Positions 28,639 to 38,066 of a DNA stretch of 64,000 nucleotides are shown one piece after another; positions within the stretch are counted from its first letter, which is position 1; each line of letters begins with the position of its first letter. The notes beneath the pieces are model-generated. The model was not told the origin of the DNA. It searched no databases and worked only from the letters and a program-made list of their open reading frames with translations. Location: NCBI GenBank assembly GCA_013002165.1, contig JABDKO010000027.1, positions 425 through 64,424 on the forward strand, in the 5' to 3' direction. This DNA comes from Rhodothermales bacterium (GTDB lineage: Bacteria; Bacteroidota; Rhodothermia; Rhodothermales; JABDKH01). Made by a program: the position numbers and the translations under genes.

Positions 28639-30354
28639 ATGGAAGCCGGGTCTTTAGACACGCTACAAATTATTATTGGACTTGCGGGCGGGCTCGCGCT
28701 ATTCCTCTTTGGCATCGAACAAATGACCGATGCCTTGAAACTCGTAGCTGGCGGCGGCATGAAGCGATTGCTCGCCAGGCTGACGACAAACAGGTTTAGT
28801 GCGGCGGCGGCGGGCGCTGCTGTTACCGCGATCATTCAATCCTCTTCGGTCACAACCGTTCTGGTGGTCGGCTTCATCTCTGCAGGGCTAATGTCATTGA
28901 CGCAGTCCATCGGGATAATCATGGGTGCCAACATAGGCACGACGATCACCGCGCAGATAATCGCATTCAAAGTTACAAAGTATTCGCTGGTCCTGGTTTC
29001 AGTGGGCTTCGCAATGCTATTCGCATCCAAGCGATCCCGGATTCGAAACTATGGTGCCATGGTAATGGGTCTTGGGCTCATTTTCTTCGGTATGGAATTA
29101 ATGAGCGCTGCAACAAATCCGCTTCGCTCATATGATCCCTTCATATCCTTGATGCAGCAAATGGAGAATCCTTTTTTCGGGATTCTACTGAGTGCTGCGT
29201 TCACCGGATTAATCCAGAGCTCCTCAGCGACGACGGGTATCATCATTGTCCTTGCGAGTCAGGGTTTTATCTCGCTGGAGGCCGGAATTGTGCTTGCATT
29301 CGGCGCTAACGTCGGCACATGTGTCACAGCGTTACTCGCAAGCATCGGAAAACCCAGAGAAGCGATCCAGGCCAGTGCCGTCCACGTACTGTTTAACATC
29401 GCCGGAGTGCTTGTCTGGGTCGCGTTCGTTGATCAGCTTGCATGGGTGGTAAGGGAAATCTCGCCATCTTCGCCGGGTTTGACCGGGATCGAGAGGCTTG
29501 CAGCAGATACCCCCAGGCAGGTTGCCAATGCACACACTCTGTTTAATGTGTTCAATACTTTCCTTTTCATTGGATTCACCGGACCAATTGGCTGGCTCGT
29601 CAACAAGATGCTGCCTCTCAAACCGGATACCAACGGCGTTGCCCTGGAACCGAAGTATCTTGACGATCTCCTGTTGGACACACCGGCGCTCGCCCTCGAT
29701 CGAGTACGCATGGAGATCCGCAGGATTGGAGATCGGGCTTATTCAATGGTATGTGACGCATTACCAGTGGCACTTGATGGAGAAAGGGAAGATCTCATGG
29801 AGCTCCAGCATCGAGATGAAGAAATAGACGCCCTGCATGGATCGATCGTCGAGTATCTGGCGCGCATATCCGAGCAAAACATGCAGCCGCATCAATCTCA
29901 ACTACTATCGGCATACATGGGTGCAGCAAACAAGATCGAGAATATCGGTGACCTTATCGAAAACAATATCGTTAGCGCCGGCCTTGAGCGCCTGGAAAGC
30001 GGCGTTCGCGTGAGCCCCTCGACTCAAGAAGCCCTCACGAATCTGCATGCGAAAATCTGCGAAGCTGTACAGCTGGCAATGCAATCTCTGGATAGTTCCA
30101 ATCCGGACATCGCCAGGCGGGTGTTGGATGCAAAGGAAGAGATCAATGATATCGCAGATGACTTCGAACGGCATCTTACCGACCGTCTTACCGCTGACGA
30201 AGAGAACAGACTCGCGCTGTACCGGATCGAATCAGAGATTATGGAGTACCTAAAGCGCGTTTACTATTTCGCGAAGAGGATTGCGAAGGCGGTTATTGCT
30301 GACGAGTCCGTTCAGCAGGATCCGGTCATGATTAATGGTGATAGAGTAGAATAG
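28639..30354 (+). CDS. Na+/phosphate cotransporter family protein (NptA/YjbB-like) with C-terminal PhoU-like domains
   Basis: Two Na/Pi-cotransporter repeats with QSSSVTT...GANIGTT and QSSSATT...GANVGTC. The C-terminal helical region is PhoU-like. 571 aa. Confidence 0.9.
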   Translation: MEAGSLDTLQIIIGLAGGLALFLFGIEQMTDALKLVAGGGMKRLLARLTTNRFSAAAAGAAVTAIIQSSSVTTVLVVGFISAGLMSLTQSIGIIMGANIGTTITAQIIAFKVTKYSLVLVSVGFAMLFASKRSRIRNYGAMVMGLGLIFFGMELMSAATNPLRSYDPFISLMQQMENPFFGILLSAAFTGLIQSSSATTGIIIVLASQGFISLEAGIVLAFGANVGTCVTALLASIGKPREAIQASAVHVLFNIAGVLVWVAFVDQLAWVVREISPSSPGLTGIERLAADTPRQVANAHTLFNVFNTFLFIGFTGPIGWLVNKMLPLKPDTNGVALEPKYLDDLLLDTPALALDRVRMEIRRIGDRAYSMVCDALPVALDGEREDLMELQHRDEEIDALHGSIVEYLARISEQNMQPHQSQLLSAYMGAANKIENIGDLIENNIVSAGLERLESGVRVSPSTQEALTNLHAKICEAVQLAMQSLDSSNPDIARRVLDAKEEINDIADDFERHLTDRLTADEENRLALYRIESEIMEYLKRVYYFAKRIAKAVIADESVQQDPVMINGDRVE

Positions 30355-30355
30355 G

Positions 30356-31141
30356 ATGTCAAAAAAAGGTTCAAGCAAAGAGCAATACGAGGCAGAACTC
30401 GAAAAATTGCAGATCCGCTTGTGCGTGATGCAGCGGTACATCAGGCTGAATGGTCAGAAAGTTGTAGTGATTTTTGAAGGGCGCGACGCCGCAGGTAAAG
30501 GTGGGTCGATCAAGAGAATTTCGGCTCCGCTCAATCCACGCTTTTGCCGCGTGGTCGCTCTTGACAAGCCGACCGAGCGAGAACAGACGCAGTGGTATTT
30601 TCAGCGGTATGTTTCTCACCTCCCTGCTGCAGGAGAGATGGTACTGTTTGATCGAAGCTGGTATAATCGAGCAGGAGTAGAACGTGTCATGGGATACTGT
30701 ACAGATACGCAGTATCACGAATTTATGCGCTCGTGCCCCATGTTCGAAAGGTTGCTTACGTATTCAGGTATCAAACTGGTCAAGTACTGGTTTTCGGTCA
30801 GCGAAGAGGAACAAGAACGTCGATTTAAATCCCGCATTGAAGATCCGACGAAGCGCTGGAAAATCAGTCCGACGGATCTAAAGTCGCGTGCTCACTGGGT
30901 AGACTATTCAAAAGCGAAGGACCAGATGTTCCTGTATACGGATACGCCGCAGGCACCCTGGTACGTAGTCAACGGTGACAACAAGAAGCGAGCCCGCCTT
31001 AATTGCATCAGTCACCTGTTGAGTGTTATTCCCCACGAAGAGATTCCAATCGGAGAAATCAAACTTCCGCCTCTGCAAGATGATAATGGCTATGAAAGGC
31101 CGCCGATGGAGAGGCAGAGAATTGTACCGGAGATATATTGA
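30356..31141 (+). CDS. ppk2: Polyphosphate kinase 2 (PPK2) family protein
   Basis: VVIFEGRDAAGKGGSIKRI (Walker A), FDRSWYNRAGVERVMG, and W.ISP.D...R..W..Y text. The ATG begins 1 nt after the transporter stop codon. Confidence 0.9.
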   Translation: MSKKGSSKEQYEAELEKLQIRLCVMQRYIRLNGQKVVVIFEGRDAAGKGGSIKRISAPLNPRFCRVVALDKPTEREQTQWYFQRYVSHLPAAGEMVLFDRSWYNRAGVERVMGYCTDTQYHEFMRSCPMFERLLTYSGIKLVKYWFSVSEEEQERRFKSRIEDPTKRWKISPTDLKSRAHWVDYSKAKDQMFLYTDTPQAPWYVVNGDNKKRARLNCISHLLSVIPHEEIPIGEIKLPPLQDDNGYERPPMERQRIVPEIY

Positions 31142-31194
31142 TTTGAGACGCTACAGAGACAATTTCACGCTGTGAAATGCGCGGGGGCAAAGCC

Positions 31195-31282
31195 CCTCCT
31201 CCCCTCGCTTACAAGTTAACTCCCGGCGCATAACTTGCGCCAATGAGGTTTTGCTAGACTATCTCTAGATTATTTCCTAGGA
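31195..31282 (+). repeat. Repeated intergenic element, copy A (CCTCCTCCCC ... CAAGTTAACT ... GCTAGA-N5-TCTAGA ... CCTAGGA)
   Basis: Shares ordered blocks with 63401-63511. The spacing from TTAACT to GCTAGA is 31 nt in both copies. It contains the perfect palindrome CTAGA-ctatc-TCTAG at 31254-31268. Confidence 0.45.
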
Positions 31283-31361
31283 TTCGAAATCGCGGCTGAA
31301 CGTACATCCAGCCCGTACTGCTGCTCTCCACACAACTCGTACACCTACGCTCCGATATTGA

Positions 31362-32657
31362 GTGCCTGCCTTGAACGATAGCGTCAAACTATCCATTGAA
31401 TCCTATATCAGAGCGAGTGGGCTCGGCGATCCCGGGCAATTCAAACATATATTTGCTCCAGGTCGCGTTGAAGTACTGGGTAAGCATACCGATTATGCCG
31501 GAGGATCAAGCATCGTTGCGGCACTCTCGATAGGAATCGGATTCGCATATCGGCCCAGAACTGATTCCTTGATTGAGGTCCACGCGACAGACCTCGGCGA
31601 CACCGCTGTTCTCGACGCCACCGGGAGTAACGTCGCGGAAGGTCACTGGTCAGCATACTTCGACCAGGTGGCAAAAAGGGTCTTCAATAATTTTCCGGGT
31701 CGCAACACGGGCGCTACCATCATTGTCTCGAGCTCACTCCCTCCGGCTGCCGGCATGAGCAGTTCGAGTGCAGTAGTAATTGGAGCTTTCCTTTGTCTTG
31801 CAGACCTCAATGACTGCTTCGCCCATGAAGCGTTCAAGGCGAACATCCGGTCACGACTTGACCTCGCTGATTATCTGAGTACGGTTGAGAATGGGGGGTC
31901 GTATCGACATCTTTCGGGCAACACCGGAGTGGGTACGCTCGGTGGAAGTGAAGACCATACCGCAATTCTCGCGTCACTCCCATTGCAGCTCGGTTGGTTC
32001 AACTATCGACCGACGGAGCTCCGCAAGTACATTCCGTTTCCAGACGGCCTCGATCTTGCTCTCATTTCTAGCGGTGTCGTTGCCGAGAAATCTGGTTCGG
32101 CACGAGAAGACTACAATCGGAGTGCTCGCCTCTGCCATGAAATTGTTCAGATCTGGAATCGTGAAACTGGATCCGAGGTCGCCAATGTAGGCTCTATGCT
32201 GAACTGCATCGATTTTAGCATCTCATCGTTGCGCAAGCTCTTTACACGAATGAATCGAGATGACCTCGCTCTGCGATTTGAGCACTTTTACCGGGAAGAG
32301 ACCGTTCATATTCCAAATTTTGTGTCTGCTGTTTCAGAGGGAGACTACGAACGAATGGGTACTGTGATATCGCAGTCGTTTGCCGATGCTGACGCGTTAC
32401 TCGGTAACCAGACGGAAGAGACACGGGCGCTTGTGAGAATAGCAGAAAGTCTAGGAGCCCTCGGAGCCTCTGCTTTCGGTGCGGGGTTCGGTGGTTCGGT
32501 CTACGCACTCGTAAGGCAGGACGCTGCTGCTACTTTTCTTGCTGACTGGAAGAAGACCTACCTGCAGCAATTTCCTCAACACGTCGCCGGTGTCGAAGCG
32601 TTCATAGATCGGCCACAGAAGGGGACTAACGTCCCCGCTTCTTTTGCCCGAAATTGA
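31362..32657 (+). CDS. GHMP-family sugar kinase (galactokinase-like)
   Basis: GRVEVLGKHTDYAGGSSIVAAL (galactokinase signature-like) and the GHMP ATP motif PPAAGMSSSSAVVIG. GTG start at 31362 as in the ORF track. Confidence 0.8.
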   Translation: MPALNDSVKLSIESYIRASGLGDPGQFKHIFAPGRVEVLGKHTDYAGGSSIVAALSIGIGFAYRPRTDSLIEVHATDLGDTAVLDATGSNVAEGHWSAYFDQVAKRVFNNFPGRNTGATIIVSSSLPPAAGMSSSSAVVIGAFLCLADLNDCFAHEAFKANIRSRLDLADYLSTVENGGSYRHLSGNTGVGTLGGSEDHTAILASLPLQLGWFNYRPTELRKYIPFPDGLDLALISSGVVAEKSGSAREDYNRSARLCHEIVQIWNRETGSEVANVGSMLNCIDFSISSLRKLFTRMNRDDLALRFEHFYREETVHIPNFVSAVSEGDYERMGTVISQSFADADALLGNQTEETRALVRIAESLGALGASAFGAGFGGSVYALVRQDAAATFLADWKKTYLQQFPQHVAGVEAFIDRPQKGTNVPASFARN

Positions 32658-32862
32658 CTTCCGCGTTTACAAACGGGCCCCGTCAGACATCGTGCCACGG
32701 CGGGCCCGCCACACAAGATTATCGTAACTTGTGGAGCGTCATTGTGGATCAACTGCCGCACGATGAAGATCAACCGTGCCACCGAGCTAAGTACATGAGT
32801 ATTCTGAAAGCCCGCTCAACGCACCCGGGGCTTCCTGCCCTGACAACGGAGTTATCAATTTC

Positions 32863-34677
32863 GTGACAACGTACATCCTCGGTATCTCAGCATTTTATCA
32901 CGACTCTGCCGCCTGCATTGTCGCTGACGGTCAGATAGTCGCGGCGGCGCAGGAAGAACGGTTTACCCGCCAGAAACATGATCACCGCTTCCCCGCACAT
33001 GCTATAGACTACTGCCTCGAGGAAGCGGGTATCACCGTCGAGGATCTGGCTTTTGTTGTTTTCTACGATAAGCCATGGCTCAAATTTGAAAGACTTCTCG
33101 AAACCTATCTGAGCTTTGCACCCCGCGGCATACGCTCTTTCATGAAGGCAATGCCCTTATGGCTGAAAGAAAAACTCTGGATGGATCAGACGATCAAGGA
33201 TCGGCTGGATCACGATGTGAAAGTCTATTTTCCCGAGCACCATCAGTCCCATGCTGCATCCGCCTTCTTTCCATCGCCCTTCGAAAGTGCAGCAATCATC
33301 ACGATGGATGGAGTCGGTGAGTGGGCAACTGCATCGTGGGGAACAGGCACGGCAAATCAAATCGATATTTCTCACGAGATGCACTTCCCGCACAGTCTTG
33401 GCCTGCTGTACTCGGCCTTTACGTACTACACGGGATTTAGAGTCAATTCGGGCGAATACAAACTAATGGGTTTGGCACCATATGGAGACCCGGTATATGT
33501 CGACAAGATTCTAGAAAATCTTATTGATGTAAAAGAAGATGGTTCGTTCTGGATGAACATGAAGTACTTCAACTATTGCCAGGGTCTGACGATGACTTCT
33601 ACGGCATTCCATGAGCTGTTCGGAGGCGACCCGAGATCGCCGGAGTCCGAAGTGCGTCAGCGCGACATGGATCTCGCTCGTTCGGTCCAGGAAGTTGTTG
33701 AACTTGTAATGCTGCGTACTGCCCGACATGTGCGGGCCCACACAGGAGAGCGGAATCTGTGCCTTGCCGGAGGAGTCGCACTGAACTGTGTCGCCAACGG
33801 GAAAATTCTTGCCGAGAACATTTTTGACAAGATCTGGATTCAGCCTGCCGCCGGAGATGCCGGCGGAGCACTCGGTGCAGCATTGTTTGGCTGGCATCAG
33901 ATACTTGGTAAGTCGAGAAAGCCGGTCCTGCCGGATTCTCAACACGGGTCGTATCTCGGACCCGTCTTTAGCCAGGCTGAGATCGAACAAACTCTGAAGG
34001 ACGAGGGTGCTGTCTTTTCTGTTTTGAACGCCGGGGAGATAGCGAAAGAAGCTGCCGCACTGGTGTCAGGCGGAAGTGTAGTCGGGCTTTTTGCCGGAAG
34101 AATGGAATTCGGCCCGCGTGCACTCGGCGCGAGAAGCATCCTTGGGGACCCGCGAAGCCCTGCGATGCAGTCTCTGATTAATCGGAAAATCAAATACCGC
34201 GAGTCATTCAGACCATTTGCGCCAGCCTGCCTAAGTGATCATGCGCAACAGTATTTCGACCTCGAAGTGGACTCCCCGTATATGCTGCTGGTCGCTCCCG
34301 TTTCCGCAAGTCGTCGGCTACCCGCTGAGTCGCAGGGAGTTCACGGTTTCGAGCGCCTGAAGCAGGTGCGCTCTGACATTCCCGCCGTTACGCATGTTGA
34401 CTTTTCCGCACGCGTCCAGACGGTCGACGAAAACTCCAACACGACATTTCGTGCCATCCTTGACGCCTTCCACAACCTGACCGGTTGTCCGGTGTTGATT
34501 AACACCTCGTTCAATGTCCGGGGCGAACCTATCGTGTGCACGCCCGGGGACGCGTACAGGTGTTTCATGAATACAGAGATGGACGCGCTGGTAATGGAGA
34601 ACATATTTATTAAAAAAGCAGATCAGCCACTGCGCCAGAACCGACCATCCATACCAGCTACGTTTTCTTATGATTGA
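32863..34677 (+). CDS. Carbamoyltransferase (NodU/CmcH family)
   Basis: ILGISAFYHDSAACIV...AAAQEERFTRQKHD, EHHQSHAASAF, and C-terminal ...VNTSFNVRGEPIVCTP. 604 aa, GTG start. Confidence 0.9.
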   Translation: MTTYILGISAFYHDSAACIVADGQIVAAAQEERFTRQKHDHRFPAHAIDYCLEEAGITVEDLAFVVFYDKPWLKFERLLETYLSFAPRGIRSFMKAMPLWLKEKLWMDQTIKDRLDHDVKVYFPEHHQSHAASAFFPSPFESAAIITMDGVGEWATASWGTGTANQIDISHEMHFPHSLGLLYSAFTYYTGFRVNSGEYKLMGLAPYGDPVYVDKILENLIDVKEDGSFWMNMKYFNYCQGLTMTSTAFHELFGGDPRSPESEVRQRDMDLARSVQEVVELVMLRTARHVRAHTGERNLCLAGGVALNCVANGKILAENIFDKIWIQPAAGDAGGALGAALFGWHQILGKSRKPVLPDSQHGSYLGPVFSQAEIEQTLKDEGAVFSVLNAGEIAKEAAALVSGGSVVGLFAGRMEFGPRALGARSILGDPRSPAMQSLINRKIKYRESFRPFAPACLSDHAQQYFDLEVDSPYMLLVAPVSASRRLPAESQGVHGFERLKQVRSDIPAVTHVDFSARVQTVDENSNTTFRAILDAFHNLTGCPVLINTSFNVRGEPIVCTPGDAYRCFMNTEMDALVMENIFIKKADQPLRQNRPSIPATFSYD

Positions 34678-35077
34678 CAGACACGCTCCACAACCAAAAT
34701 CTGTCCCCGAGTTACGCAAATTTGGCGTTGTGATGACCGGTGCTTTTTCCGTCGTGGCGGCAATCATGTGGTGGAAGGGCGTAGACTACTTTTCGCTGGT
34801 AGTAGCTGTCGCTGGACTTTTTCTATTACTTGCCGTTGGATTCCCGTCTGTACTTCGTCCGGTTGAGTTCGTCTGGATGAAGATAGCTGTCGCTATAGGC
34901 GCAGTAATGACCCGGGTAATCCTTACAATCGTGTTCGTTTTTGTCGTGACGCCAATCGGTCTCCTGATGCGCCTGTCAGGGAAGGATCCGTTGAGAATCA
35001 AGGAGATAAAAACGCTCAGCTACTGGATTGATGCAGATCGAGAGGGAACCGCTGCCCGTCCAGACAAACCGTTTTAG
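34670..35077 (+). CDS. SxtJ-family small membrane protein (probable)
   Basis: 135 aa with 3 TM segments. The C-terminal text VVTPIGLLMRLSGKDPLRIKEIKTLSYWID matches my memory of SxtJ-like proteins that follow carbamoyltransferase genes. It overlaps the carbamoyltransferase gene by 8 nt. Confidence 0.65.
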   Translation: MIDRHAPQPKSVPELRKFGVVMTGAFSVVAAIMWWKGVDYFSLVVAVAGLFLLLAVGFPSVLRPVEFVWMKIAVAIGAVMTRVILTIVFVFVVTPIGLLMRLSGKDPLRIKEIKTLSYWIDADREGTAARPDKPF

Positions 35078-35203
35078 GATGTAGGCGTTGAGCCTACACA
35101 ATAAGTCCAGAAAATACCGCAGATCGTCAAATGCACTTTGCCTGTTATCGACAGTTTGTTCGGTGTACCCTGTACTTGAATGTCGAGCTTCAAAAGGTAT
35201 CGC

Positions 35204-36136
35204 ATGATGCAAATAAAGAATATCCTGTTTCCGACTGACTTCTCTGCTTCGTCAGAGAAAGCATTCCTTTTTGCTGACCCACTTGTCTCGAAATTCAAGT
35301 CCCGGCTACACATTCTGCATCTGATATCCTGGCACGGTCGCGGGGTTTACTCGAGATCCGAATACGGCCTTCCCATTTCTGAGCAAAATCGGATTCTGAA
35401 GGGAATTGAGGCTGACGCCCGACAGCAGATCTCCGATCTCTTCAAGGTGGACCCTGACTATTATGTTCAGATGGTTGAGGAGTCGAGCAAGACGGCCGCG
35501 GAAGGCATTATAAATTACTCTAACGAGAACGACATTGACTTGATAGTGATTGGCTCTGCCGGAGGCAGGGAAATCTATCGACACCTGGTTGGTGGGACCC
35601 TGGAAAAGATTATCGCCGATGCACCGGTTCCGGTTTTTGCCGTCGGTGCAGATGCCCAACCGCATCAGGATTTTACCAAACTGCTCGTTCCAGTAGACCT
35701 CAGCGAAAACTCTGATTCGTTACTGGCCGTTGCCGCCGACTATGCTGAATTGTTTGGTGCGAGAATTACTATTGCACATGTCGTAACGCCGCAAGACACA
35801 ACCGTCATCGGCGGAGTGGGGCTTGACCCGATGCCTGCAATGAAGCCGGTCGATATGACGCTAAAGCGTGAACAGGTAAATGACCTGGCTGATCGGGTTC
35901 TCAAGGGACGTGTAGAGTTCGATGTGCAAGTCGTCGCAGGGCATCCTGCTCTGGAAATCGAAAAAATGACGCAAGACGGCGGCTGTGATCTGGTTGTTAT
36001 CGCCAGTCACGGTTACAAAGGTTTCAAGAGGCTTTTCCTTGGTAGCACTGCCCGACATACCGTGCATCATGCATCATGCCCGGTACTGGTAATGAACAGC
36101 AATTCGCTGTATCAGGCAGATGACGAAGGAGAATAG
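35204..36136 (+). CDS. Universal stress protein, tandem UspA domains
   Basis: MMQIKNILFPTDFSASSEKAF..., GSAGG (first domain), ...LLVPVDLSENS..., VIASHGYKGFKRLFLGSTARHTVHHASCPVLVM (second domain). An alternative upstream ATG exists at 35180. Confidence 0.85.
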   Translation: MMQIKNILFPTDFSASSEKAFLFADPLVSKFKSRLHILHLISWHGRGVYSRSEYGLPISEQNRILKGIEADARQQISDLFKVDPDYYVQMVEESSKTAAEGIINYSNENDIDLIVIGSAGGREIYRHLVGGTLEKIIADAPVPVFAVGADAQPHQDFTKLLVPVDLSENSDSLLAVAADYAELFGARITIAHVVTPQDTTVIGGVGLDPMPAMKPVDMTLKREQVNDLADRVLKGRVEFDVQVVAGHPALEIEKMTQDGGCDLVVIASHGYKGFKRLFLGSTARHTVHHASCPVLVMNSNSLYQADDEGE

Positions 36137-36145
36137 ATCCTTTGG

Positions 36146-36979
36146 CTACCGTACAATGATCCTCTTTATTCGCCGTGCAAGCTCTCGCAGGGTCCAGATC
36201 AGACTATAGCGTGTCCGCATGAACCAATTCGGCGCTGGCGGGTCGATCATTATTTCGCGGCACCACTCTTCCATCAGGTCCCGGGAGGCGTCCCCAGCCA
36301 CTTGCCGACAATAGCTTTCTACCGATGTATCAATGAAATACTGTTGGAGAGCGCTTCGGTAGTCTTCTTTCGAACTCAACTCGCCTACAAACACTGACCA
36401 TTGGGTTTCGTGCTCCCAGAAAGACTCAAAGCGAGTCTGTTGATACGGCGATCCGTCAACAAGAATAGTCGCCCAGTCATTTCTATTCAATGCACCCATT
36501 CGACCCGATCCGGGAAAAAATGCGTTGAAAGAATAGAGGACGACACCCACTTTCGACGCAGCATTTTTGGTCATCCGATGCATGAGTACGTGGGCCGGAT
36601 GTCCGTAATCGCCGGTTGAACCATGAGTCAAGACCACGTCGGGATCAAACTTGTTGATCTGCACCGCGATGTCGTGTTCCAGCCTGGCTGCATCATGATC
36701 AGGTGCGCGCAGGCGCGATCCGTCTGGAGCAGGATCTGTATATTCGAGAAACACCAGGCTTTCAACGCCGAGTACTTCAGCAGCCCGCGCCATCTCCCGT
36801 TCCCTGACCGCTGGCAACGTTTCACGGGTTGCTTTTGGCGGTACTCCTATCTGCCCGCCTTCACCACGCGTCAAACAAACGATATGCAGTGGAACTCCTT
36901 TTGACGAGAGATGAGCAAGCAGCCCCGAACAAAATATTTCGTCATCTGGATGAGCAATGACCAGCAGCAGTCCTGCCAT
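36146..36979 (-). CDS. PIG-L / LmbE-family N-acetylglucosaminyl deacetylase
   Basis: Start ATG 36979 gives MAGLLLVIAHPDDEIFCSG (AHPDDE motif), then ...THGSTGDYGHPAHV (HPxH). The ORF-track start 37123 overlaps the upstream GT gene. Confidence 0.85.
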   Translation of the reverse strand: MAGLLLVIAHPDDEIFCSGLLAHLSSKGVPLHIVCLTRGEGGQIGVPPKATRETLPAVREREMARAAEVLGVESLVFLEYTDPAPDGSRLRAPDHDAARLEHDIAVQINKFDPDVVLTHGSTGDYGHPAHVLMHRMTKNAASKVGVVLYSFNAFFPGSGRMGALNRNDWATILVDGSPYQQTRFESFWEHETQWSVFVGELSSKEDYRSALQQYFIDTSVESYCRQVAGDASRDLMEEWCREIMIDPPAPNWFMRTRYSLIWTLRELARRIKRIIVR

Positions 36980-36984
36980 GGTAC

Positions 36985-38055
36985 CTATCGCGAATTGTAT
37001 ATTTGAATTAGCCGTTCGAGAATTGCATCCCACGAACCTGTCGGTACAACATAGCCATTCTGCCCCTCGACAACATTTTCTTTTGCACCCGTATCCTCTG
37101 AAAGTATGACTGGAACACCACAATAGAGGGCCTCCACCGGGGCATATCCATAGCCATCATGATATGGTGGATGGACGTAGCAATCTGCATGCTGCAACAG
37201 CGGCAGCGAATCCTCTTCGACAATCTTCAACCGGGGTTCTTTTGCAGCCCATTCTTCAATGTAGCGAAGCATTCCACGGGATAGCGGGGCTCCGATAAGG
37301 ATCAGTTCCGCATCACGGATGTCAAGTCTTGAGAATGCCTCGAGCAGCAAGTGTGTGCCCATGGTCACCGTAAGATCACCGGAATAGATGACACGAAATG
37401 TCTCGTCCCGGCGGGTTTCCTCTGACGGTACAAATCTGGGATTGATCTTGAGGTATGTGCGCACGAGTTTTGATTCGTCGAAGCCACGGTCGATGAACGT
37501 CTGTCGGGCATACTCAGAGGGCACATAAATTCTGTCAGCGATCTCATACTCGCGAAGCTGCTTCTTGATCATCCGAGGATCAAGTACTGACCTTTCAATC
37601 GGCCATCGTGTGTGCGCCTCACGGTAGCGCTCTGCAGCATATTCTATGTGGGCCGCAGTCGAGTGTAGCTCAAGCGTTTCAAAACCAATCTTCCGGGCGC
37701 GTGTGGCTGCGTGGAAAAATTGTCCAGAAAACCCGGCGAAGGTTTCAGTTCGATTCGTCAAACGTCGTGCCACCGTCCTGTCAAACAGATCTTCTGATGC
37801 ATACCGTTGCAGACCCGCCGAAAACCGCAACGGGTTCTTGACCAGCCAGCCGGTGAGGGCCTGATCTACTTGCGAAGCGACTAATTCATCATCCGGATGA
37901 ATTCCAGTCGACATGTACGTCTGAAGTTCATCAAGAGCACGTGTTTCTTCTACAATCTGCGCAAAATGGGCTCCCATTCCGCCAAGATTGTATGGCGCAT
38001 TACAGGCAAGGGTTTTCATGATTCGCGAATGGCTTAAAGTATAAATTTCGACCAA
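36985..38055 (-). CDS. Glycosyltransferase, GT4 (GT-B fold) family
   Basis: The C-terminal block PPYHDGYGYAPVEALYCGVPVILSEDTGAKENVVEGQNGYVV is the E-x7-E region of retaining GT4 enzymes. A possible alternative start is ATG 38019. Confidence 0.75.
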   Translation of the reverse strand: MVEIYTLSHSRIMKTLACNAPYNLGGMGAHFAQIVEETRALDELQTYMSTGIHPDDELVASQVDQALTGWLVKNPLRFSAGLQRYASEDLFDRTVARRLTNRTETFAGFSGQFFHAATRARKIGFETLELHSTAAHIEYAAERYREAHTRWPIERSVLDPRMIKKQLREYEIADRIYVPSEYARQTFIDRGFDESKLVRTYLKINPRFVPSEETRRDETFRVIYSGDLTVTMGTHLLLEAFSRLDIRDAELILIGAPLSRGMLRYIEEWAAKEPRLKIVEEDSLPLLQHADCYVHPPYHDGYGYAPVEALYCGVPVILSEDTGAKENVVEGQNGYVVPTGSWDAILERLIQIYNSR

Positions 38056-38066
38056 ACGCCGGCGCT

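Noticed and set aside
31162-31178. ATTTCAC-GCT-GTGAAAT as a CRP/FNR-type operator
   Set aside because: The half-site orientation (TCAC...GTGA with a 3-nt spacer) does not fit TGTGA-N6-TCACA. Its position directly after the ppk2 stop fits a transcript-end hairpin better.
36146-38055. GT4 + PIG-L pair as bacillithiol BshA/BshB
   Set aside because: This is possible in principle, but no BshC-like gene is adjacent, the GT N-terminus does not resemble what I remember of BshA, and the pair is embedded in a peptidase/kinase operon. Left as an open alternative, not called.
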